Shown one piece after another: positions 1-9,863 of a stretch of DNA of 64,000 nt. How positions within the stretch are numbered: the first letter of the stretch is position 1; every line of letters begins with the position of its first letter. The notes under the pieces are model-generated. The model was not told where the DNA came from. It made no database searches and worked only from the letters and a program-made list of their open reading frames with translations. The stretch comes from Armatimonadota bacterium (lineage in GTDB: Bacteria; Armatimonadota; SYMT01), in assembly GCA_041690135.1 (NCBI GenBank), contig JAWLHY010000019.1:43639-107638 (forward strand), given 5' to 3'. A program made the translations under genes and the position numbers.

Positions 1-234
1 CAACTCCACGACGTACTCCGCCTGCTCGCCGGCGGGTGGCACCTGGGTGCCGTGGGCGCGAATGTGTTCAATGGTGACACTCGTAATGGTGCCGCGCTCC
101 AGCCTGCTCAGGAATTCCGAGTACTTCAGGGGAGTCCGGCGCTGGGTAAATCCGCTCATCGGGCTGCGAACAACAAAAAGCCCGACGACGACCAGCACCA
201 TAACCCAGAGCAGGTTGCGCATCAGTCTATTCAA
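1..234 (-). CDS. ftsH: ATP-dependent zinc metalloprotease FtsH, N-terminal part (runs off the window start)
   Basis: Not in the ORF track. TTG start at 234 with GGAGGA RBS (241-246). Translates MNRLMRNLLWVMVLVVVGLFVVRSP...LKYSEFLSRLERGTITSVTI, i.e. a TM helix followed by the FtsH extracellular 'YSEF' motif; open to position 1. Confidence 0.75.
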   Translation of the reverse strand, partial: MNRLMRNLLWVMVLVVVGLFVVRSPMSGFTQRRTPLKYSEFLSRLERGTITSVTIEHIRAHGTQVPPAGEQAEYVVEL

Positions 235-472
235 AGCAAATCCTCCAACGGGGCCGATATGTCCATTGAGAATCTATAACAGGAGACGTTGAGGGATTAT
301 ACCACGAGAGTACTACCCAGACAACGCACGCCAGGGGGCTCTTCCGTGCCTGGATCATCCCCTCTTCCTAGCTCTCCTGCCGCTCGATTCCCCTCGGTCG
401 CGATGATAGAGTATCCTCAGCTTACCGGTCGTTCCCGCCCGTGTCCGCTGTGCGATACCAGGAAAACGTCCT

Positions 473-1477
473 ATGTCAGACGCCCAAGCTCACCCAACTT
501 CTCTGCCGATCCCCAACCGCCGTCCGCGTCGACTGCGCCGCACCGCAACGCTTCGCCGCCTGGTGCGGGAGACGTATCTCTCGACCAATGACCTGGTGTA
601 CCCCCTGTTCGTGACTCACGAAACGGAGACCAAGCGAGAGATCGGCGCGATGCCGGGCAACTACCACTGGTCTATCGACCGGGTCGCTGCGGAGTGCGAA
701 GAGATCGCTTCCCTCGGTATTCCCGCGGTGCTTCTCTTCGGCATCCCTGATGAGAAGGATCCGCACGGCAGCGGGGCGTTCCACCCCCAGGGTGTCGTGC
801 AGGAAGCAGTCCGGCGGATCAAACAGGCCGTACCCGACCTGCTGGTGATCACCGACGTCTGTCTTTGTGAGTATACGGACCACGGGCACTGCGGCGTTAT
901 CCGAGACGGCGATGTTTTGAATGATCCGACTCTCCAACTTCTCGCGGACACGGCGGTGTCCCACGCCGAGGCGGGCGCGGACATCATCGCCCCCAGCGAC
1001 ATGATGGACGGACGCATCGCCGCCTTGAGGGCCGGGTTGGATGCCGCGGGGTTCGAATCCACCCCTATCCTCTCTTATGCGGCCAAGTACGCCTCCGCGT
1101 TTTACGGTCCGTTCCGCGAGGCCGCCGGCTCCACGCCCCAGTTCGGTGACCGGCGCAGCTACCAGATGGACCCCGCCAACCGCCGTGAGGCGATCAAAGA
1201 GGTCCTGCAGGACCTGGATGAGGGAGCGGACATGGTAATGGTGAAGCCGGCCCTCTCCTATCTGGACATCATCCGGGAGATCAAAGATCTCACCGACGTT
1301 CCCGTGGCGGCCTATAACGTAAGCGGCGAGTACTCAATGGTGAAGGCTGCCGCCGAGCGGGGTTGGGTGGACGGCGAGCGGGTGATGATGGAGATTCTCA
1401 CCAGCATCAAGCGAGCGGGCGCCGACATCCTGATCACGTACCATGCTAAGGAAGCCGCGCGGTTGCTGAACGGTTAG
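473..1477 (+). CDS. hemB: Porphobilinogen synthase (ALA dehydratase), Zn-type
   Basis: [20 protein letters not shown] Zn site, [32 protein letters not shown] motifs. Confidence 0.97.
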   Translation: MSDAQAHPTSLPIPNRRPRRLRRTATLRRLVRETYLSTNDLVYPLFVTHETETKREIGAMPGNYHWSIDRVAAECEEIASLGIPAVLLFGIPDEKDPHGSGAFHPQGVVQEAVRRIKQAVPDLLVITDVCLCEYTDHGHCGVIRDGDVLNDPTLQLLADTAVSHAEAGADIIAPSDMMDGRIAALRAGLDAAGFESTPILSYAAKYASAFYGPFREAAGSTPQFGDRRSYQMDPANRREAIKEVLQDLDEGADMVMVKPALSYLDIIREIKDLTDVPVAAYNVSGEYSMVKAAAERGWVDGERVMMEILTSIKRAGADILITYHAKEAARLLNG

Positions 1478-1488
1478 GGAGAACATTC

Positions 1489-2277
1489 ATGAATCATGTA
1501 TGGTGGCGAACCCACTTGCGGAAGTTGCCGGAGTTGGGCTTCCTGGCGCGGTTTGGGAACTACGTGGAGGTGGACCGGGCGATGCCGTTCCTGGCAGAGG
1601 CGCTGGACCTTCCAAGCGGAGCTCGCGTTCTAGAATTGGGCTGCGGGCGTGGCTCGTTCAGCATCCGGCTGGCGCAGTGGGGTTACCAGGTAACCGGGAT
1701 CGACGAATCCGAGCCGATGCTCGCCGTGGCTCGCGAGGAGGCCCGGCACCGGGAGGTGGAAGTGGAATTTCGCCAGGGCGATCTGCGCGAGCTCCCGGAG
1801 CGGAGCGTTTTCGACGGAGCGCTGCTCCTCGGCTTCGGCACCCTGAGCGACCCCGATAACGCAGCGATGATGCGGGCTGTGGCGGCCGCTTTGAAGCCGG
1901 GTGGGAAACTCGTGTTCGGCACCTGCAATCCTTACGCCTGGGCGCGCGAGCCGATCACGGAGCACCGCGCGCAGGAAGGGGTGGACATCATCCATCGTTA
2001 TCGCTTTGACTTCGGGACAGGCTGCCTCAGCAGTCGGGTCCGCTGCATCCTCGCGAACGGCGAGCGGCGGAACCTTCCGGAGGCCAGCTTCCGCGCTTAT
2101 ACCCTGCCGGAACTCAAAGCGTTGACCGCCGCCACCGGCCTGGCGGACCTGCGGGTGTACGGTCAGGATGAGACCGGCGCGCCGCGTACGGACCGCGCGG
2201 CGGATCCGCTGCGGTCGCCCTCGTTCCATTGCGTGGCTATTCGGCCGGTGATCGGGGAGTCCGGGGAAGGCATCTAA
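1489..2277 (+). CDS. Class I SAM-dependent methyltransferase
   Basis: VLELGCGRG motif I, VTGIDES..ML, LKPGG; RBS GGGAG just after the hemB stop. Confidence 0.88.
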   Translation: MNHVWWRTHLRKLPELGFLARFGNYVEVDRAMPFLAEALDLPSGARVLELGCGRGSFSIRLAQWGYQVTGIDESEPMLAVAREEARHREVEVEFRQGDLRELPERSVFDGALLLGFGTLSDPDNAAMMRAVAAALKPGGKLVFGTCNPYAWAREPITEHRAQEGVDIIHRYRFDFGTGCLSSRVRCILANGERRNLPEASFRAYTLPELKALTAATGLADLRVYGQDETGAPRTDRAADPLRSPSFHCVAIRPVIGESGEGI

Positions 2278-2282
2278 CTTCC

Positions 2283-2522
2283 CTACGGCCGATTAGGATA
2301 GGGATTACGATTAGGATAAGGATAGGCGCCGCGCTTGGACGGACGAACCAGGTCTCGTTCAAGCGCGGCCGCCCATTCGACTCGGGTTGATACCCAGACT
2401 ACCCGAACCCGTTCTGGTCTCCTGAGGTAGCAGAAGGCCTCGTGCCCGTCGGTCACGGCACGCGCTAAATGTTGGGAGAACCAACTCCCGATGACGGAAA
2501 GTCCGTCTTGGTCACGGACCAA
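2283..2522 (-). CDS. Small hypothetical protein
   Basis: 79-aa ORF with TTG start and GGGAGG upstream; C-terminus YPYPNRNPYPNRP derives from a hexamer repeat. Confidence 0.4.
   Translation of the reverse strand: MVRDQDGLSVIGSWFSQHLARAVTDGHEAFCYLRRPERVRVVWVSTRVEWAAALERDLVRPSKRGAYPYPNRNPYPNRP
2291..2326. repeat. Degenerate hexamer tandem repeat (GATTAG/GATAGG/GATTAC/GATAAG)
   Basis: gattag gatagg gattac gattag gataag gatagg read directly. Confidence 0.75.
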
Positions 2523-2631
2523 GCCTCCCGTGCACCGTTACTCCACCTGTTCGCGGAGTTCCCGTCCTGTTCGCGGCGAACCAGGGGAGCAGCGACAAAT
2601 CCCTTGGAGTTAGTCGTACAGAGGAGCAACG

Positions 2632-2832
2632 ATGGAGAGCGAATGGATTCCACGGGAGGTTCTACTCCTTTCCGCCATGGTGTTGCTGGCATTCACGATG
2701 GTACCGCTCGTTTTTCACCGGCTTCGGTCTCACCTGGCGTTGCCGTTGCGGGGGAAATGGCTCACCCGCGCCCTCTGGCCTCTCGCCCTTGGTCTCCTTT
2801 TATTCGTTTTGGAGCTGCTCGCCCGCAGATAG
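2632..2832 (+). CDS. Small two-TM membrane protein
   Basis: GAGGAG RBS at 2621; two hydrophobic stretches (VLLLSAMVLLAFTMVPLVF; ALWPLALGLLLFVLELL). Confidence 0.65.
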   Translation: MESEWIPREVLLLSAMVLLAFTMVPLVFHRLRSHLALPLRGKWLTRALWPLALGLLLFVLELLARR

Positions 2833-2939
2833 CTCGCAGGCCCCTGCCTGACTGGTCAAGATTTGTGTCTCCGCCTCCCATGGCTGACCCTATCTGCAGA
2901 GGAAGCGGAAAGGACACGGAACCTGGCTGCCCCCTAGGA

Positions 2940-4439
2940 TCAGGGGCGGAGTACCGTCTCCGCAACGGATTTGCCGCCTAGCTCCAGCACCAGGCGGATG
3001 TCGCTGCCCTCAGGCACGGCGAATCCCGTGAAGAAACCTCCCTCTTGAGGAACGCGAAGGTCCGATCCGTTCCGGATTTCGGTGGCGCCAAGGAAGAGCC
3101 GCAGGCGGGGCATGGGCGGTGTCGCGCCGCGTGCCCCAAGGGACACATTGACCCATCTTCCCACTCGATGGAGCGCCACTTCCACATTCCCGTTGGGCGA
3201 TGGCGCCAACCAGGTGCGGGGATAGGAGTACGTTTCGGGCTGAGCCAGGACAGAGGTTCCGTCCGGACGGACGTAGGTGTTGCGCACCGGGTCCCAGCGG
3301 GCTTTAATTGCTCCAAAACGGTGCAAATGTGAGCGCCACTGCGGTTCCTGGTTTTCGTAACTACCTGTGAGGCGCTGGCCCCACTCGTCTTCCGCCACCG
3401 GGTATACGGGAGCCACCAAACGTAGAGCCTGATCACGGGCGATGGACCTACCCCATGCCTCTTCCGAGCCCCAGTCCGGCCACTCCGGTGAGGCGACCAT
3501 GCTTTCGATCACCTCGAGGGGGTTGTCCGGCGGTCGTAAGGGCTGACTACGTACCCTCCCCCACCGGCGGTAGGGCTCGAGGTGCCACTCCAACATCTCG
3601 GCCACACCGGCTAGCGAATAGCCATTGATGCCACTGAAGGGGATATCCCGGTGGAGCACCACGGGAAACCGGGGTGAGAAGCGGAGGTGCTTTGGAGCGT
3701 CGGGATGAGGAAGTCCCACTACCATGGGTGGAAGATGTCCCGGGGAACGAGGTATCTCGAACAGGCAGCGAACGACGACGAACAGGCCATCCCGACCGCC
3801 TCCAAAGGCGGGTTGGTCCGCAACGCGCAGGTATTCGTCGATCACCGCCAGGCCACCTGACTTGCCGAGGGGTTGCAGCCCATTAACCACCTGAATCACC
3901 CGAAGCGGATCGTTACGGTGGTCGTAGCCTTTGAGGCGGTCAATCAGGCGCAGGATCCGCCGCGTTTCCCGCTCCGGCGGCAGGTCCTTGCCCGGTAGCC
4001 GTTCGCCGTGCCCTAGTACCTCCACCACCTTTCCGAAGCTGTCGAAAGTGACGCGACCCAGTGTGGGAAAGGTCAAGTGACCTTCGCCGCCGTACGCCCA
4101 GGTTTCCACCCCGGACGGGTATACGAATCCCAATCGGGAGGCCCTGACTTCGTCACCGGCCCAGACGTCATCCGGTTCCCCCGGCAGTTTCCGGACTCTC
4201 TCCCGCGCCATCCCCTCCTGCACCCGAGCCAGCCGGCGCGCAAACGCGGCGCGGTCTCGCAGCGAGGGTTCGGTCGGTGCCAAGGCCGGCGCCGTGGGTG
4301 TTGCCAGTGCTTGCGGTAACCTGGGTGCCTCCGGCTTTACAGCCGCATAGAGGCCGCCAACGGCGGCAAGAACACCGACAACGAGCCCCAGAACCGGAGC
4401 GGTCCTCTTTCTCGGAATCACAACCTCTCCCCTGCCCAT
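2940..4439 (-). CDS. Hypothetical membrane-anchored/exported protein with a BamE/SmpA-like segment
   Basis: 499-aa ORF; N-terminal hydrophobic anchor; VQEGMARERVRKLPGEPD...WAYG resembles the SmpA/OmlA pattern. Confidence 0.65.
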   Translation of the reverse strand: MGRGEVVIPRKRTAPVLGLVVGVLAAVGGLYAAVKPEAPRLPQALATPTAPALAPTEPSLRDRAAFARRLARVQEGMARERVRKLPGEPDDVWAGDEVRASRLGFVYPSGVETWAYGGEGHLTFPTLGRVTFDSFGKVVEVLGHGERLPGKDLPPERETRRILRLIDRLKGYDHRNDPLRVIQVVNGLQPLGKSGGLAVIDEYLRVADQPAFGGGRDGLFVVVRCLFEIPRSPGHLPPMVVGLPHPDAPKHLRFSPRFPVVLHRDIPFSGINGYSLAGVAEMLEWHLEPYRRWGRVRSQPLRPPDNPLEVIESMVASPEWPDWGSEEAWGRSIARDQALRLVAPVYPVAEDEWGQRLTGSYENQEPQWRSHLHRFGAIKARWDPVRNTYVRPDGTSVLAQPETYSYPRTWLAPSPNGNVEVALHRVGRWVNVSLGARGATPPMPRLRLFLGATEIRNGSDLRVPQEGGFFTGFAVPEGSDIRLVLELGGKSVAETVLRP

Positions 4440-4599
4440 TTACAGATGGACTGAAGTGCGTGTGCTCTTTCGGCCCAGAGTGGGCTCGCAAAGCTTCCGC
4501 CGCAGGTTGGCTGCAGACCAGAGGGTGCCCGCGAAATGAGTATGGGTGGAGATTCTGGTCAGTCAGCCCCGGATGTGAATCCGGGGAGGGCGGTCACAC

Positions 4600-4641
4600 G
4601 CCCCGGGCGAGTGGGTCGGAACCGACCCACTCGCCCGGGGC
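4600..4641. terminator. Perfect 20-bp inverted repeat downstream of the acyl-CoA dehydrogenase (terminator/REP-like)
   Basis: gccccgggcgagtgggtcgg-aa-ccgacccactcgcccggggc, about 20 nt past the stop at 4663; no strong U tract. Confidence 0.6.
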
Positions 4642-4662
4642 AACGTCCTCTACTACAAGCGC

Positions 4663-6438
4663 TTATTCCATGCCCAAAAGCATGTTGGCGACCTCGGTGG
4701 TTTCGGGATCGTGGTTCTCGCTGAGCTCGCGCATACGCTGCCGGATCCGGGTCTCGGCGGTCCGGCAATAGTAGCCGCCGATCTCCAGTTCCCGCCTGGC
4801 CTGCTCCGTATCCGCTTCGGGACCCTGCAGTAGCGCATCCAGGCGGGAGACGACCGCGATCATCATGTAGATTTCCGTGGCGGCGTCGGCGATGCGGCCC
4901 TGCTGGTATTGGCGGTCGAGAATGTCTTCACGGTACTTCATCAACACTCCCTCGACGTTGTGGCCGAAGTCGCGGATGACGCTCTCGAGCAGATGGGCAA
5001 GATCGCTGATCTCCCGGCTCCGTACGGCGACATGGACCGCGTCCTGGCCCGGAAGGTGGCGCCGGGCAAAGTCTGTGATCTTGCCGAAGCCGGAGAGGGG
5101 GGACTTCAGGGCATCCAGCACACCCTTCAGCGCCATGCCGACATCGCGCATGCCGACCAGGGCGATGAAATTCCGGAGGACGTCATTGGCCCCTTCGCCG
5201 ATCTGGTTGATCCGAGCGTCCCGCATCATCCGTTCGTAAGGCTGGTCCTTGAAATAGGCCCGGCCGCCGTAGATCTGGATCGTCTCGTTGACGATCTCCC
5301 AGAGGCTTTCGCTGGCGAACAGCTTGAGCATGGCCGTTTCGACCATGTACTCCTCTTCACCTCGGTCGATGAGGCCCGCGGTGAGATATGTGCCGGCCTC
5401 CATGGCGTAGGCCAGGGCCGCCATCTGCGCGATCTTCTTCTTCACCAGCTCGAAATGGCCGAGGGGATGGCCAAACTGGTGACGGGTCTGTGCATGCCGG
5501 ATGGCGTCCTCCACGCACCGCTTCGCCGCACCGGTGCAGGTGGCGCCGAAGGTGGTGCGGCCGAAGTCGAGCAGGGTCAGCGCCACGCGGAGGCCTTTGC
5601 CCGGAGGACCGATGATGTTCTCGACCGGCACGGCTACATCGTGGAACGCCAGCTTCGCGGTAGCGGTGCCACGGATGCCGCACTTTTCCAGGGAGACGGC
5701 TTCCACCTCGAAGCCCGGCATGTCCGGGGTGACCAGAAACGCGGTGATGCGTTCACGGCCCTTCTCGTCGCGTGTGCCGGGCACCTTGGCCATCACCGTC
5801 AGGAGACCCGCGAGGCCGCCGTTGGTGATCCATTGCTTGCGGCCGTTGAGGATGTAGTGGGTGCCGGCTTCGTTGAGGACGGCACGCGTCTCGATGCCGG
5901 CGGCGTCGGAACCCGCATTCGGCTCGGTGAGGGCGAAGGCCGCCAGCATCTCGCCCCGCGAAAGGCGCGGCAGCCACTCGCGTTGTTGGGCTTCCGACCC
6001 GAACAGTAGCAGCGACTTCAATCCGATGCTCTGGTGCGCGTTGACGAGCACGCCGAGGGAAGCGTCAACCCGGCCGATCTCTTCCATCACCTTGCAGTAC
6101 CCGTACTGCGAGAGGCCCAGCCCGCCGAACTCCCGCGGGATCGACATCGACATGATCCCCAGCTCGAAGAGGCGTTTCATCACCGGATCCGGGACCCGTG
6201 CTTCGCGGTCGATCTGGTCCGGATCCACTTCCGTGTTCAGGAACTCCCGCACCTCCGCGAGATACCGCTGCAGGTCGGCCCGATCCTCCGGTGTGGGCGC
6301 GGGATACGGAAAGGCCAGGTCTGCGGCGAAGCGTCCGAAGAACAGCTCCTTGGCAAGACTGCGGTGCTCATCCTTTCCCAGGAGTTCTTCCGCCTCGCGA
6401 ATCTGTCGCTCACGATCCGTCTCCACCGTTGCCGACAT
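4663..6438 (-). CDS. Acyl-CoA dehydrogenase (VLCAD/ACAD9-like, long form)
   Basis: AFALTEPNAGSDA, LNGRKQWITNG, RHQFG, IQIYGGRAY, RDARINQIGEGAND, plus C-terminal extension; GGGAGG RBS. Confidence 0.93.
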   Translation of the reverse strand: MSATVETDRERQIREAEELLGKDEHRSLAKELFFGRFAADLAFPYPAPTPEDRADLQRYLAEVREFLNTEVDPDQIDREARVPDPVMKRLFELGIMSMSIPREFGGLGLSQYGYCKVMEEIGRVDASLGVLVNAHQSIGLKSLLLFGSEAQQREWLPRLSRGEMLAAFALTEPNAGSDAAGIETRAVLNEAGTHYILNGRKQWITNGGLAGLLTVMAKVPGTRDEKGRERITAFLVTPDMPGFEVEAVSLEKCGIRGTATAKLAFHDVAVPVENIIGPPGKGLRVALTLLDFGRTTFGATCTGAAKRCVEDAIRHAQTRHQFGHPLGHFELVKKKIAQMAALAYAMEAGTYLTAGLIDRGEEEYMVETAMLKLFASESLWEIVNETIQIYGGRAYFKDQPYERMMRDARINQIGEGANDVLRNFIALVGMRDVGMALKGVLDALKSPLSGFGKITDFARRHLPGQDAVHVAVRSREISDLAHLLESVIRDFGHNVEGVLMKYREDILDRQYQQGRIADAATEIYMMIAVVSRLDALLQGPEADTEQARRELEIGGYYCRTAETRIRQRMRELSENHDPETTEVANMLLGME

Positions 6439-6584
6439 ATCCCCTCCCTCTGAAACACGTACTCATACCTTGATCTTAATACCCAACGGCCCTACGTGCT
6501 ACTACGGCACGGGTTGTCGTGGTACAATGCCGGGAAACAGTTGCCCGCGCGGGCACAGGTAAGGCAGAGCGGGGGAAAAGCATC

Positions 6585-8513
6585 GTGAGCGAAAAGGCGC
6601 CCAGGGAAGGGTTCAACGGTCTGCGGGTGGTGGCTCTGGAGAGCCGGCGCGCGACGGAGATGGAATCGCTGATCCGCAGTTTTGGGGGCGATCCGGTGGT
6701 GGCGCCGTCGATGCGGGAGATTCCCCTGGAAGAGAACCCGGAGGCCCTCGCCTTCGGCGAGAAGCTGCTGGCCGGCGAATTCGATGCCGTGTTGTTCCTC
6801 ACGGGCGTGGGCGCGCGTGCCCTGGTGCAGACGCTGGAGTCGCGCTTCAGCCAGGACGAGATTGTCGACGCCCTCTCCCGGGTCACTACAATCGCGCGCG
6901 GTCCGAAGCCCGTCAAAACCCTCCGAGAGTTGGGCGTACCGGTGACCATTACCGTGCCGGAGCCGAACACCTGGCGTGAGGTGCTGGAAACCCTGGAGTC
7001 CGATCCCCGTGGGTTCGAACTGCAGAAGGCGCGGCTGGCGGTACAGGAGTATGGGGTCTCCAATGATTCCCTCCTCGACGGGCTGCGGGAGCGCGGCGCC
7101 GTGGTGACTCGCGTCCCTGTCTATCGCTGGGCTCTGCCGGAGGATGTGGGGCCGCTCCACGCCGCCATCCGGGAACTGGCGGAAGGAACGGCACGGGTAG
7201 TCCTCTTCACCAGCGCCACGCAGGTGGTGCACCTGATGCAGGTAGCCGCTGACCTGGGCCTGGAGGAGCGGCTGCGCCGGTCCCTCGCACAGGGCGTGGT
7301 CTGTTCCATCGGGCCCACCTGCAGCGAGATGCTGGAAAGCTACAGCCTCCCCGCCGATCTGCAGCCGGAGCACCCGCGGATGGGGCAGCTCGTGCGGGAA
7401 GCGGCAGAGCGCTCCGGGCAGATCCTGGCGGCGAAGCAGCCCATGAGCGCGGCGACTGCCCGAGACGCGCAGCCTGAAGCGGAACCGTGGCGCGACGCTC
7501 CCTTTTTGAAGGCGTGTCGCCGCGAGCCGGTGCCGTACACCCCCGTATGGTTGATGCGGCAGGCAGGCCGGTACATGAGCGATTACCGCGAGGTCCGCGC
7601 CCGCTACAGCTTCCTGGAGCTCTGCAAAGACCCGGATCTCGTCGCCGAAGTGACCGTCACCGCGCGGGACCGCATTAATGCCGACGCCGCGATCCTTTTC
7701 GCCGACATCCTCCTGATCGTGGAGCCCCTGGGCCTGAACCTGGAGTACAGCAAGGGCGAGGGGCCGGTCATCACCCCCACCGTGCGGGAGAGCGCCGATG
7801 TCGATCGCCTGACGGAAGTCGATCCCGAAGCACTTAGCTACGTTTACGACGCGGTGCGGGCCACCCGCTGCGCGCTCGATCCGAAGATTCCCCTCATCGG
7901 CTTCTGCGGCGCTCCGTTCACCCTGGCATCCTACGTGATCGAGGGCAGCGGATCCCGGAGCTACGAGTGGACCAAGTCGCTCATGTACCGCGACCCCGGC
8001 GCCTGGCACGCCCTGATGGACCGCATCTCCCGCGGCCTCATTGGGTACGTAAACCGGCAGATCGAGGCCGGCGCGCAGGTTATCCAGATCTTCGATAGCT
8101 GGGTCGGCTGCCTGGGACCGGAGGACTACCGGGAGTTCGTCCTCCCCCACTCGCGGACCCTCATCGAGGGCATCACCCCCGGCGTGCCCGTAATTCACTT
8201 CGGGACCGATACCTTCACCCTGCTGCGCGACATGCGCGAGGCGGGCGGCGACGTGATCGGCCTCGACTGGCGGACCGATTTCGGCCGCGGCTGGGCGGAA
8301 ATCGGTCACGACCGGGCCGTGCAGGGCAACCTCGACCCACTGGTCCTCTACGCCGAGCCGGAGTTCATCAAGAAACGGGTCCGACACATCCTGGAGCAGG
8401 CGGAGAACCGTCCCGGCCATATCTTCAACCTGGGCCACGGCATCCTCCCCCGCACTCCCGTGGACAACGTGATCCGGTTGATCGAGTACGTCCACGAACT
8501 CAGCGCCCGGTGA
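6585..8513 (+). CDS. hemE: Fused uroporphyrinogen-III synthase (HemD) and uroporphyrinogen decarboxylase (HemE)
   Basis: N-half: LESRRATEM, FLTGVG, ARGPKP, YRWALP, FTSATQ, SIGP (HemD). C-half: PVWLMRQAGRY, ILFADIL, GAPFTLASY, QIFDSW, FNLGHG (HemE). GTG at 6585 preferred over 6519. Confidence 0.92.
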   Translation: MSEKAPREGFNGLRVVALESRRATEMESLIRSFGGDPVVAPSMREIPLEENPEALAFGEKLLAGEFDAVLFLTGVGARALVQTLESRFSQDEIVDALSRVTTIARGPKPVKTLRELGVPVTITVPEPNTWREVLETLESDPRGFELQKARLAVQEYGVSNDSLLDGLRERGAVVTRVPVYRWALPEDVGPLHAAIRELAEGTARVVLFTSATQVVHLMQVAADLGLEERLRRSLAQGVVCSIGPTCSEMLESYSLPADLQPEHPRMGQLVREAAERSGQILAAKQPMSAATARDAQPEAEPWRDAPFLKACRREPVPYTPVWLMRQAGRYMSDYREVRARYSFLELCKDPDLVAEVTVTARDRINADAAILFADILLIVEPLGLNLEYSKGEGPVITPTVRESADVDRLTEVDPEALSYVYDAVRATRCALDPKIPLIGFCGAPFTLASYVIEGSGSRSYEWTKSLMYRDPGAWHALMDRISRGLIGYVNRQIEAGAQVIQIFDSWVGCLGPEDYREFVLPHSRTLIEGITPGVPVIHFGTDTFTLLRDMREAGGDVIGLDWRTDFGRGWAEIGHDRAVQGNLDPLVLYAEPEFIKKRVRHILEQAENRPGHIFNLGHGILPRTPVDNVIRLIEYVHELSAR

Positions 8514-8528
8514 GGGGAACGAATCTCT

Positions 8529-8552
8529 CGCAAAGACGCTAAGACGCAAAGA
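8529..8552. repeat. Octamer tandem repeat (CGCAAAGA x3)
   Basis: cgcaaaga cgctaaga cgcaaaga, just after the hemE stop. Confidence 0.75.
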
Positions 8553-8846
8553 GGGAACGCCGATTCCTGAATCCAGAACTGGGTTCAGACTTTCCAATGG
8601 GAACCGCTATGTAGGGGCTCCCGCCGTGGTTGCCCTCGGCGGTGTGGCTGATGGCCCCGGCGCAAACCCGTACCTGTCAACGAATTGCAGTATCCGTACC
8701 GGTCGGGTCGGCAGCCGGTCATGTGAACCTAGCGCCGTCCCGACCCTGAGTGTGGAATCGCCGCTTGCAGCGGCGTTTTGCGATGTGGATCACGGAACCT
8801 GCAGTGGCTGTAGGACCTACAGAGTTGCCCACAGCGCTTCGAAGGT

Positions 8847-9863
8847 TCAGTCCCTATCCGCTGGCCGATCCGTCAACGGCACATCCCACATCAATGGGCG
8901 CCGGAGTCGCATCCAGGGTCCGGAGTCATCCGGATCCTGGATGGATCGAACCGCCCGATGGTAAAGGAGCGCCGCCACCGTGAGTTGGACAGCCATAACG
9001 GCCGCGGGCTCCAGGAGCGTGTGCGCCACCGCGGAAACGAACGGCGCCTGTGCCATCACCCGGTCGATCCCGAACCGGATCGGCGGCAAGAACACGAATG
9101 GCACGGCGTAGCACCAGATCAGCGCGGCGCGGGTGGTCCGGCACACGGCGCCCACCGCGCAGAGGAGCATCGCCGTGGCAATCCAGCCAAGAGCGACGGT
9201 GCCCACCTGTAGCGCATCACGCAGGACCGGGTCCCCGAAGGTCGACCGCGGAAACCCGGGCGGCGGTTCGGGCATCACGCCCAGGAGGTGCTCTCGACCG
9301 GTCAGCAGTACCCCCGCCAGGATCCCGAATACGAGCATCACCGCAACCGCCAGCACCCCGAGCAGCGGCAACATTGCCGCCGCACCCCGTGACAGTAGGA
9401 TCTCCCGTGGAGACAGCCCCTCGGACCGCTGTTCGTGCAGGCGACCGCTTTCCCAATCCGGCGCCACACTGCGCGCTGCAAAGGCCGGAGCCAGGAACAC
9501 CCAGGCCGTGTTGGCGAGGAACAGTACGACCTGAATCAGCGTCAGCAGCGGCAGCGATGGGACATCCGACTTCTGGAACATCCCGACGATCGGCGTGAAG
9601 AGCGCCTGCACGCCGGTCACGCTGATGAGGAGATGGAACCAGCCGGCTTCCTCTGGGCGCTGCACCCAGGGCGAGCGGAACAGGGCTGTGGAAATGGCGA
9701 CCTGAACCAGGAACACCAGCACAAACGTGACGACCGCCCAGAGACGATAGCGCGGAGCCCACAGCCGGCGCAGCTCTCCCTGGATCAGGTCCCAGGTGGA
9801 AAGTTCGGCAGCGCCGACCGCCACTCCCGATGGATTGCGTTCTTCGAAGGGTGGTCTCGGCAA
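8847..9863 (-). CDS. Multi-pass membrane protein, ABC-2 permease-like
   Basis: About 6 TM segments; APAFAARSVAPDWESGRLHE...LSPREILLSR resembles the ABC-2 'ERE.GTL..L..PLS..EI..GK' motif. Confidence 0.65.
   Translation of the reverse strand: MPRPPFEERNPSGVAVGAAELSTWDLIQGELRRLWAPRYRLWAVVTFVLVFLVQVAISTALFRSPWVQRPEEAGWFHLLISVTGVQALFTPIVGMFQKSDVPSLPLLTLIQVVLFLANTAWVFLAPAFAARSVAPDWESGRLHEQRSEGLSPREILLSRGAAAMLPLLGVLAVAVMLVFGILAGVLLTGREHLLGVMPEPPPGFPRSTFGDPVLRDALQVGTVALGWIATAMLLCAVGAVCRTTRAALIWCYAVPFVFLPPIRFGIDRVMAQAPFVSAVAHTLLEPAAVMAVQLTVAALLYHRAVRSIQDPDDSGPWMRLRRPLMWDVPLTDRPADRD

Noticed and set aside
6492-8597. 701-aa minus-strand ORF (also 4909..6009, 10622..11728, 20902..22320, 23247..25472, 29396..30346, 30732..31835, 44095..45087, 48843..50021, 61168..62262)
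   Set aside because: Antisense shadows of well-supported genes, expected in high-GC DNA; no recognisable motifs.
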